The notes beneath the pieces are model-generated. The model had not been told where the DNA came from, ran no database searches, and was given only the letters and a program-made list of their open reading frames with translations. 24,000 bases of DNA from Fervidicoccus fontis Kam940 (lineage in GTDB: Archaea; Thermoproteota; Thermoprotei_A; Sulfolobales; Fervidicoccaceae). Location: positions 874,949 to 898,948 of the forward strand of contig NC_017461.1 of assembly GCF_000258425.1 (NCBI RefSeq), in the 5' to 3' direction. Positions 1 to 5,740 of this stretch are shown here, piece after piece. A program made the translations under genes and the position numbers. Numbering within the stretch: the stretch's first letter is position 1; every line of letters begins with the position of its first letter.

Positions 1-556
1 CTTCATTGACATAAAAAATGTTCCCAAGGCCTTTAACTTAAATTTAATAGTAGGAGTGATAGTTTCTATATGCATCCTAATAGACTTGCTTCTTTAATTT
101 TAAAGCCTAGACAAGCTGTTTTGGGGTTTCATAAAAGTTTATAGGGACTGATATTGATTAACTGATTTGAGATAGAGAATATATTCCTCAAATACTGTGC
201 GCGTGAAATCCCCAAAGCCACATGTAGAACCAAGAAGGGATGCACCAACTAATATAAACTTATATAGGATTTGAACCTCATTTTTATAAGTAAATGCAAA
301 ATATATAAATTAGCTTTTAAAATTCTTCAACTATATATAATTCCAGAGAAAACTTGTAATTTACAACTGAAACCCTCGCCCTTTAAGGCAGGAGGAGGTC
401 AGCATAATAAATCCAAAGATATCTTTTCCTCTTTCAACTGAACCCTTAGTTCTTCAAACATAAATGATGTATAACTGTAAACTTTGACATTTTCTAATTG
501 ACGAAATTAAAAATATTTATAAGTCTTAAAAATCAAGTTTTTAGTTCAAGAAGGAT

Positions 557-1336
557 TTGTCAATTCGCTGGAGGATAATAATGTCAATGCCTTTTCAGAG
601 CAAAAGACAGATCGCTATTGGACAAGCCTCAATAATTATTTTCTCGATAGCAGCTGGATTTTTGGGGAGGAGCGGCGCTGTATATTGGCTCTTCATAATA
701 CTCTACTTTATCTTGTACATGATAATAATGACTAAATTTGGACAACCAAAGCTTCCTAATACCGCAAAGGCAGATTTAATTTCTAAAGGAAAGGTACTGT
801 TTGAGGAAAACAAGGCAATGGAAGTTGCTAGCACTGACAGGCAATATGTAGTAGAGATGCAGGATCAGCTTAAAATGCTTCAATTTACAACTCTCTTCTC
901 CTTTCTTGTACTGATATATTTCTTTATAGCAATAGGACCTGTAACATCTCTTATAGCTCCAAAGTTCTCTAATGAGAAGATTGGGTATTCCGTCTCATAT
1001 TTTATTTTGTTTGAAGGTAGCTTTTTGCTGAGCATTTTTGGTCAGTACCTTTCAGTAAGAAATTACAGTAGGAGTGGAAAGAAATTCGTTACTATTAACA
1101 TGCCAAGAACATTTTTCGTTACAAGCGAAGGAATAGTGCTCAAGGGAATGATGAGCTCAACAGGTCTAAAGTTTCCTTTAACTGCCTACAAGATAGTTCT
1201 TAATGAAGAGAGAAAGTTCGTTGAACTGGTTAATGAGACGCAAAAGGCAATAAATAAGATCAGGCTGTATACGAAAAGTCCAAATAAGCTTTACGAGGTA
1301 ATTTCAAATAAAAATAGCTCTGCTGATGAGAAATAG
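557..1336 (+). CDS. Uncharacterized polytopic membrane protein (about 4 TM helices plus about 90-aa soluble C-terminal domain)
   Basis: 259-codon ORF. Hydrophobic segments are IIIFSIAAGFLG, VYWLFIILYFILYMIIM, LFSFLVLIYFFIAIGPV and YSVSYFILFEGSFLLSIFG. The track start at 557 is TTG. An in-frame ATG at 581 preceded by GGAGG (570-574, 6-nt spacer) is the more likely start. No family recognised by eye. Confidence 0.6.
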   Translation: MSIRWRIIMSMPFQSKRQIAIGQASIIIFSIAAGFLGRSGAVYWLFIILYFILYMIIMTKFGQPKLPNTAKADLISKGKVLFEENKAMEVASTDRQYVVEMQDQLKMLQFTTLFSFLVLIYFFIAIGPVTSLIAPKFSNEKIGYSVSYFILFEGSFLLSIFGQYLSVRNYSRSGKKFVTINMPRTFFVTSEGIVLKGMMSSTGLKFPLTAYKIVLNEERKFVELVNETQKAINKIRLYTKSPNKLYEVISNKNSSADEK

Positions 1337-1367
1337 AATGAAAATAATTAGACTTATTTTTAAAGCA

Positions 1368-1421
1368 ATGATGATAAATTACTAGCGGAGCGGATGCAAT
1401 GAAGTCACCTGTCTCAGCTGA
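1368..1421 (+). ncRNA. Candidate C/D box sRNA (2'-O-methylation guide RNA)
   Basis: Perfect C box ATGATGA (1368-1374) and perfect D box CTGA (1418-1421), total 54 nt. A C'-like ATGAAGT (1399-1405) lies exactly 12 nt upstream of the D box. A D'-like CGGA is at 1391-1394. The element lies in non-coding DNA just 3' of the 557..1336 ORF. The internal boxes are degenerate and the C-to-D' spacing is 16 nt rather than 12. Confidence 0.5.
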
Positions 1422-1422
1422 G

Positions 1423-1459
1423 TTGTATCCATTATAAATACAATTTGGATCGATTTTTT
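1423..1459 (+). terminator. Short hairpin (TTGTAT 1423-1428 / ATACAA 1438-1443) followed by a T6 run (1454-1459)
   Basis: Inverted repeat and oligo-T tract read directly from the sequence. Oligo-T runs are the usual archaeal termination signal. It could terminate the upstream ORF and/or the sRNA candidate. Confidence 0.3.
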
Positions 1460-1730
1460 GAAAGAGACTAAAAGTTTTACATCAAATTGCTAAGTAGCTT
1501 TCCTCTTTTTTATACTATCTTCTAATCGGTCTGAAACAATATGGTATTTCCGCATTTTGTAATTAAGATTTTCTTTATTTTTCATTACAAATAATATTCA
1601 GAACAGTAATATTTGGGCTTATTTGTTTGCTAAATTTTTGTGGCATTATCTTAAAATATAATTATGTAAAAAATTTTCTTGAAATTTTACAATATATATT
1701 ATATTTTATTTATAACAGCAATAATGGTAA

Positions 1731-2582
1731 ATGTTTATGATACTTGACAGTAGTATAGAAGAAAAGTTAAGGACTTTAAAAAGACTGGATGGAGTAATAG
1801 ACTTTTCAAAATCCTCCGTTCAAATTGAAATAGTCTTCCTATTCTTAATTTATGGAAGGGATCTCACTCCCACTGAAATTTCCGAAAGTGCAAATGAAAG
1901 GAGGAAGGCTGTTTTAGATGCCCTTAGAAAGCTTCAGCTTAAAGGGATAGTGAAGAAAGTAGGAGAAAAGGATGGAGAGCCTCTTTATGGTCTAAGCGAA
2001 GAGGGAAAAAAGTATTCTGAGGAGCTGTTGAGAGCTTTAGGTTTAGAAGGATTCAAATTGGCTTCACATGTGAGCGAAGAGGAGAGCATAAGAGAAAGAC
2101 TAATCGTCCAAAAGAAAATAATTGAGGCCAATTACATATATAATGCCATATGTTACCTAGCGACTTCAAAGGATCAAACATTAAGCTTGAAAACTATAAG
2201 CAGGCTTCTCAATCTGAGTGAAGAGAGGGCAAAAGAATATTTGGATATATATTCAAGACCTCCTGAGAGGCTGTTCAGGAAGATAATAAAGCCAGATACA
2301 AGAGAAACTTACTATAAGCTAGAAAAGGAAGGTCTTTCAATTTTTTATAGAACACAGAACTATCTGAGTTTTAAAAATAGTCCTATATATAAGTTAAAGC
2401 AAAAGCTTTATGCAAAAATTCCCCATCCAAACAATTTGAAAAGACTTTTTTCAATTTCTTCATTCTTATCTTTTCTTTTATCGTTTTTACTCTCAATTTT
2501 AAATCTTTGTTCTCTCTTTTTTTCTGTACTGATGTTTGTGCTTGGTTCAGTAGTCTTTGTCATTAAAGAAGTTATTTTCTAG
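1731..2582 (+). CDS. Membrane-tethered winged-helix transcription regulator with ArnR-like architecture (candidate archaellum regulator)
   Basis: 283 aa. N-terminal wHTH-like segment: DLTPTEISESANERRKAVLDALRKLQLKGIVKK. Second HTH-like segment: LSLKTISRLLNLSEERAKEYLDIY. Two C-terminal TM helices: LFSISSFLSFLLSFLLSILNL and LFFSVLMFVLGSVVFVI. It lies about 500 bp upstream of arlB, as arnR does in Sulfolobus acidocaldarius. The call rests on architecture and position, not on a measured alignment. Confidence 0.6.
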   Translation: MFMILDSSIEEKLRTLKRLDGVIDFSKSSVQIEIVFLFLIYGRDLTPTEISESANERRKAVLDALRKLQLKGIVKKVGEKDGEPLYGLSEEGKKYSEELLRALGLEGFKLASHVSEEESIRERLIVQKKIIEANYIYNAICYLATSKDQTLSLKTISRLLNLSEERAKEYLDIYSRPPERLFRKIIKPDTRETYYKLEKEGLSIFYRTQNYLSFKNSPIYKLKQKLYAKIPHPNNLKRLFSISSFLSFLLSFLLSILNLCSLFFSVLMFVLGSVVFVIKEVIF

Positions 2583-2915
2583 CTTTCCGCGATCGTTTAA
2601 GTACTTCAAGTAAGCACTACTTAGCTTTTCTGCAATTTTTTCTGCATTAAAATCGTCCCTGACCCTAAATAGAAGAATATTTTTATTTATAACAAGACCT
2701 ATGTACTTCTCCTTCAATCTATCGCCGCCTAAAACGAAGTATAAACCTTCTTTCAAAGGAACAGAAGTTAGATCGGAAATCTTTTCAATCTCATCATCAT
2801 AGTATTCAGGAGGCCAATATGTAATGATTCCCTCTTCAAGCCTCAATAGGTAGACGGCAAGTATTATCTCTCCGTCAACTAAAGACTTCAAGAACTCTTG
2901 GCTTTTTTTCTGCAT
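2547..2915 (-). CDS. Small soluble hypothetical protein (122 aa) between the regulator and arlB
   Basis: ATG-initiated ORF with ordinary, balanced amino-acid composition. Its 3' end overlaps the 3' end of the 1731..2582 ORF by 36 nt (convergent). No motif recognised. Confidence 0.55.
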   Translation of the reverse strand: MQKKSQEFLKSLVDGEIILAVYLLRLEEGIITYWPPEYYDDEIEKISDLTSVPLKEGLYFVLGGDRLKEKYIGLVINKNILLFRVRDDFNAEKIAEKLSSAYLKYLNDRGKLENNFFNDKDY

Positions 2916-2966
2916 TTTTTCACCAATTCTTCATCGAATTGCTCAGTTTAAATATTAAGCTAAAAC

Positions 2967-3018
2967 GGCGACTATCCGTCGAAAATCAAGCGATCTCCAA
3001 TTTTCACTCTCAGTCGCC
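2967..3018. promoter_or_regulatory. GC-rich inverted repeat GGCGACT (2967-2973) / AGTCGCC (3012-3018) just upstream of the arlB TATA element
   Basis: Exact 7-bp reverse-complement arms separated by 38 nt. They are conspicuously GC-rich in an AT-rich promoter region. Candidate operator pair. Confidence 0.3.
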
Positions 3019-3031
3019 AAAAATCTTTCTG

Positions 3032-3046
3032 TTTATTTATAAAAAA
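3032..3046 (+). promoter_or_regulatory. Candidate TATA box of the arlB promoter
   Basis: TTTATTTATAAAAAA lies about 40-55 nt upstream of the arlB ATG (3087). A Shine-Dalgarno-like GGGGTGAG sits at 3071-3078. Confidence 0.45.
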
Positions 3047-3086
3047 GCTGAGGTTATTTTTGCCCTTAAAGGGGTGAGAGAAAGAA

Positions 3087-3761
3087 ATGGGTAAGAAAAG
3101 AGGAATTGTAGGTATAGAGGCGGCCATCGTATTAATAGCATTCGTCATAGTAGCTGCTGCCTTAGCATTCGTGGCTCTGAACATGGGACTCTTCACTACT
3201 CAGAAAGCGAAGGAGACGATAAGTCAAGGTCTCGGAGAAGCCAGTACCGCACTTGAAGTAGATGGATATGTTGTCGGCATAAGTAATGGAACAACCGTAA
3301 ACACAGTTTCAATACCTATAAGGACATCGGCAGGCGTCTCTAGCGTAGACTTAGCACCAAGTAGAACCTCTATTGATGCAATTGTAGGAAATCAATCGTT
3401 TGAGAACATCTATAAAGCGATATTCTACGTATATCCTAATGGGACTCTTGCATATGCTAACAATGGAACTCTTACAAATCTAACAACTGACTTTTCAACA
3501 CATAACTTAACAGCTGATATTGAAAGTGTACTTGGAAGCCCATCGACCCCAACCGCATACGTTGTGATAATTCAGAACGTTAACTATAATTCAGTCTTAG
3601 AAACCGGCGAAAAGGCAGTTGTTTTGATCGACTTAGAAAATAATGGATTAGGACCATACGGACAACTATCTGTTGAGATAAGACCACCAGAAGGGGCACC
3701 TCTTACAGTAGAGAGGAATATGCCTGCTAACATTCCAGCAGGAGCAGTCAACCTAGGGTGA
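3087..3761 (+). CDS. arlB: Archaellin ArlB (FlaB), the major archaellum filament protein
   Basis: N-terminus MGKKRG|IVGIEAAIVLIAFVIVAAALAFVALNMGLFTTQKAK is a class III (type IV pilin-like) signal peptide plus hydrophobic helix typical of crenarchaeal archaellins. Six N-x-S/T sequons are present (NGT, NQS, NGT, NGT, NLT, NLT). It is the first gene of the arl operon. Confidence 0.92.
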   Translation: MGKKRGIVGIEAAIVLIAFVIVAAALAFVALNMGLFTTQKAKETISQGLGEASTALEVDGYVVGISNGTTVNTVSIPIRTSAGVSSVDLAPSRTSIDAIVGNQSFENIYKAIFYVYPNGTLAYANNGTLTNLTTDFSTHNLTADIESVLGSPSTPTAYVVIIQNVNYNSVLETGEKAVVLIDLENNGLGPYGQLSVEIRPPEGAPLTVERNMPANIPAGAVNLG

Positions 3762-3793
3762 TGAGAAATGAAGGAGTGGCCGCCAATCAAATA

Positions 3794-3801
3794 TTTTTTT
3801 T
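3794..3801 (+). terminator. T8 run 33 nt after the arlB stop (candidate partial terminator between arlB and the accessory genes)
   Basis: TTTTTTTT read directly. It is flanked by imperfect inverted arms GAAGGAGTG (3770-3778) and CACTCCCTTC (3818-3827). Confidence 0.4.
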
Positions 3802-3849
3802 AATTTAAATTCAAACTCACTCCCTTCAGTTGGAAAGAGGAGAATAGCG

Positions 3850-4038
3850 GTGGTAATGGTGATAGGTATCGCGATATTTATATTGGGAGTAATACTGATG
3901 TTTTTTAGTGTTAGGAACAAAGGGCTTTCCTTTTTCGCTTTTCTTGTATTTGGTTGCTTGTTGGCTTATATCGGGGGTCATATAGCTATCGTAGGGGCTT
4001 TCTCTCTTTCGAATAAACGCGGTGCAGGTAATTCATGA
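3850..4038 (+). CDS. Small two-TM membrane protein, translationally coupled to arlX
   Basis: 62 aa from a GTG start at 3850; an in-frame ATG follows at 3856. GAGGAG lies at 3835-3840. Two hydrophobic helices: VIGIAIFILGVILMFFSV and LSFFAFLVFGCLLAYIGGHIAIVGAF. Its stop overlaps the arlX start (ATGA at 4035-4038). Confidence 0.5.
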   Translation: MVMVIGIAIFILGVILMFFSVRNKGLSFFAFLVFGCLLAYIGGHIAIVGAFSLSNKRGAGNS

Positions 4039-4718
4039 GCAAAAGTAATGAAAATGGGGAGTGGGTTTGCTCCTGCCCAATATGCAGGAGGATAGTTTAC
4101 CCATTATTAAAAAAGAAAAAGAAGGTGAAAGAAAAGGTGGAAAAGGAACCTACTCAAAATGAGAAGAACAGCATAGATAGTTTGAAAGAAGTGGTAGATG
4201 CTTTAAAGGAAAGCGTAGCAGAGCTTAAAGCAACTATAGGTGACCTTTCTAATCCGCTTTTTTCTCTTTCTTCAGAAGCTAAGCAAAAAGAAGCTAAAGA
4301 GGTTGAAAAGAGCACAGAAAAACAAGTTCAGATGCCTAAAGAGGAAATTAGAGAGAATAAAGAAGAGGTAGAAGAGGTAAAAACACCGGTTAAAAGAAGA
4401 GAACCAGTTCTCTTTAAAGAGACAGTAAAAATGCTAAAGATACTTTACTCACTTTCAGAGAAAATGCCAGGCGACATGATAGACGACTATATATCATTAA
4501 TGAAGGAGATAGGCATAAGCGAGGAAAAAACTCTCGATGTGATAAGGCTTCTAAATCAAATAGTTCAAAAGGGGATAAAGTCGAACATATCGCTTCAAGA
4601 TCAGTTGCTTTCTATATACATATTATCGAAGGCAATGGGATTTTCAGAACCTGAAATTGAAGAAGAAGTGGCACAGATACTAATAGATTATATAAAGAAG
4701 GGAGACAAGCAGGGTTGA
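4035..4718 (+). CDS. arlX: ArlX-like (FlaX) crenarchaeal archaellum scaffold protein, without an N-terminal TM helix
   Basis: It lies between arlB and arlG, as in crenarchaeal arl operons. It has a Lys/Glu-rich coiled-coil-like centre (LKEVVDALKESVAELKATIGDL, KEAKEVEKSTEKQ) and a helical C-terminal domain. An in-frame TAA at 4029-4031 prevents extension upstream. The call is mainly positional and compositional. Confidence 0.6.
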   Translation: MSKSNENGEWVCSCPICRRIVYPLLKKKKKVKEKVEKEPTQNEKNSIDSLKEVVDALKESVAELKATIGDLSNPLFSLSSEAKQKEAKEVEKSTEKQVQMPKEEIRENKEEVEEVKTPVKRREPVLFKETVKMLKILYSLSEKMPGDMIDDYISLMKEIGISEEKTLDVIRLLNQIVQKGIKSNISLQDQLLSIYILSKAMGFSEPEIEEEVAQILIDYIKKGDKQG

Positions 4719-4731
4719 GCAGGGATCTTAG

Positions 4732-5220
4732 TTGGGCGAATCAACAACTATAACACATGCACTTTTGACAATTGCTGCAATAACAATAGCATCTATATTC
4801 GCATTTGTTATGATATCTAAGATTTCTGCCATAAATAGTAGCATTACCCAGATGATAAGCTCAAACGTAAATAATATGGAGAGTAGTATAACTATTATAG
4901 ATTTTTTCTATAATTCTTCTGGAGGATCTTTTGTGATATATGTAAAAAATGTCGGCACCTCCGACATTTCCCTTTCAGCCCTTCAAAATACTGACGTTTA
5001 TATTGGAACTTATAATTCTCCTCTTACACTTTATACATATCTTTCCAGTGCCTATCCAGGGCACTGGAATTACACGCTTGCTATAGGGGGGAGCAATTCC
5101 TGGTCTGCTGGAAGCACAATTATTATTTATCTTTATAATCAAACCTCGATCTCTCCTCCCTACTATGTAAAGATAGTCCTTCCGATTGGAATAGGAAGTG
5201 AGCTGGTAGAGGGGGGATAG
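4732..5220 (+). CDS. arlG: ArlG (FlaG) archaellum stator/periplasmic component
   Basis: 162 aa. N-terminal hydrophobic helix TITHALLTIAAITIASIFAFVMI is followed by a beta-rich soluble domain. It holds the conserved operon position before arlF. A TTG start is required to include the N-terminal helix. Confidence 0.8.
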   Translation: MGESTTITHALLTIAAITIASIFAFVMISKISAINSSITQMISSNVNNMESSITIIDFFYNSSGGSFVIYVKNVGTSDISLSALQNTDVYIGTYNSPLTLYTYLSSAYPGHWNYTLAIGGSNSWSAGSTIIIYLYNQTSISPPYYVKIVLPIGIGSELVEGG

Positions 5221-5221
5221 T

Positions 5222-5737
5222 TTGGGATTCAGTGTCACTGCAAGCGGAATCATTGTAATGGCAGTTTTAATAATTTCAGTTCTTTCTATGGTCTCGGTAA
5301 TAATGAAGGGATATGGCATGATTACAAGTTCTATTGAAAGGAAGGCTTTAAGCTCTGTGAGATCCTCCCTCTCTATCACATATATAACCAATGTTACGGT
5401 TAATCAAAACAACCTAACCATGACTTTTATATTTTCCAACAACGGAAGCTGGTCATTTTGGGACTTCGACCATTTCGACTTCATTTTAATTTACACATCA
5501 AATAAAACAAATAGCGAGAGCTCTAAGGTTCTTGTCTACGGAAGAGATTGGAACATAACTGCCATACTGATAAATGGGGGTCTTGTAGAGCGGTTCAACG
5601 GGGTAGTCGATCCGAGCGAATCTGGTATAGTGTACGCTTCTCTTCCGCCTGATATAAGTTTTTCTCAGCCCATAACTATTGTTTTTGTGAATCAGTATGG
5701 ATTTAAGGCTTCATATACCTTCTATTCAGGTGTATAA
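5222..5737 (+). CDS. arlF: ArlF (FlaF) archaellum stator / S-layer-binding component
   Basis: 171 aa. N-terminus MGFSVTASGIIVMAVLIISVLSM is typical of FlaF. TTG start preceded by GAGGGGGG. It begins 1 nt after the arlG stop. Confidence 0.8.
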   Translation: MGFSVTASGIIVMAVLIISVLSMVSVIMKGYGMITSSIERKALSSVRSSLSITYITNVTVNQNNLTMTFIFSNNGSWSFWDFDHFDFILIYTSNKTNSESSKVLVYGRDWNITAILINGGLVERFNGVVDPSESGIVYASLPPDISFSQPITIVFVNQYGFKASYTFYSGV

Positions 5738-5740
5738 TTA

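Noticed and set aside
1-75. Minus-strand ORF starting at ATG (75-73) and running off the left edge: MHIETITPTIKFKLKALGTFFMSMK...
   Set aside because: Only 25 codons are visible, with no SD and no recognisable motif. It cannot be distinguished from a chance ORF.
261-337. tRNA-like signal on the minus strand: an exact T-arm consensus 11-mer GGTTCAAATCC (complement of 267-277) inside a 77-nt segment whose ends (TATATAG / CTATATA) could pair like an acceptor stem.
   Set aside because: With that acceptor pairing the T-loop is out of register. The T-stem has only 3 bp, there are no credible D or anticodon arms, and the stems are all A/T, which is implausible for a thermophile tRNA. It is at best a decayed tRNA or att-site remnant, and possibly chance.
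190-400. Two GC-enriched patches in the 556-nt leader region: GTGCGCGTGAAATCCCC...GGGATGCAC at about 198-245, and CCCTCGCCCTTTAAGGCAGGAGGAGG at about 373-398. Both can form imperfect hairpins.
   Set aside because: I could not fit them to any RNA family (tRNA, C/D, H/ACA, SRP, RNase P) by eye. The pairings are short and interrupted. They are worth an Rfam scan but are not supportable as features.
395-470. Possible minus-strand C/D sRNA (TTGAAGA ... CTGA, about 59 nt).
   Set aside because: The C box matches only 5 of 7 positions, and no acceptable C'/D' boxes are present.
2972-3196. 74-aa minus-strand ORF spanning the arlB promoter and start. Other antisense or out-of-frame track ORFs were also considered: 3584..3790, 4975..5391, 5977..6258, 6283..6594, 6597..6791, 7067..7267, 7994..8215, 8407..8595, 8894..9094, 9324..9641, 10006..10356, 10903..11085, 11837..12022, 13559..13744, 14487..14696, 15101..15334, 15506..15694, 16093..16317, 17033..17269, 17856..18296, 18569..18754, 18700..18960, 18837..19091 and 20343..20669.
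   Set aside because: All overlap strongly supported genes in other frames or strands, and all have biased shadow-ORF compositions with no motifs.
3758-3830. C-box-like GTGATGA overlapping the arlB stop codon.
   Set aside because: There is no CTGA D box within the expected 45-60 nt downstream and no C'/D' boxes.
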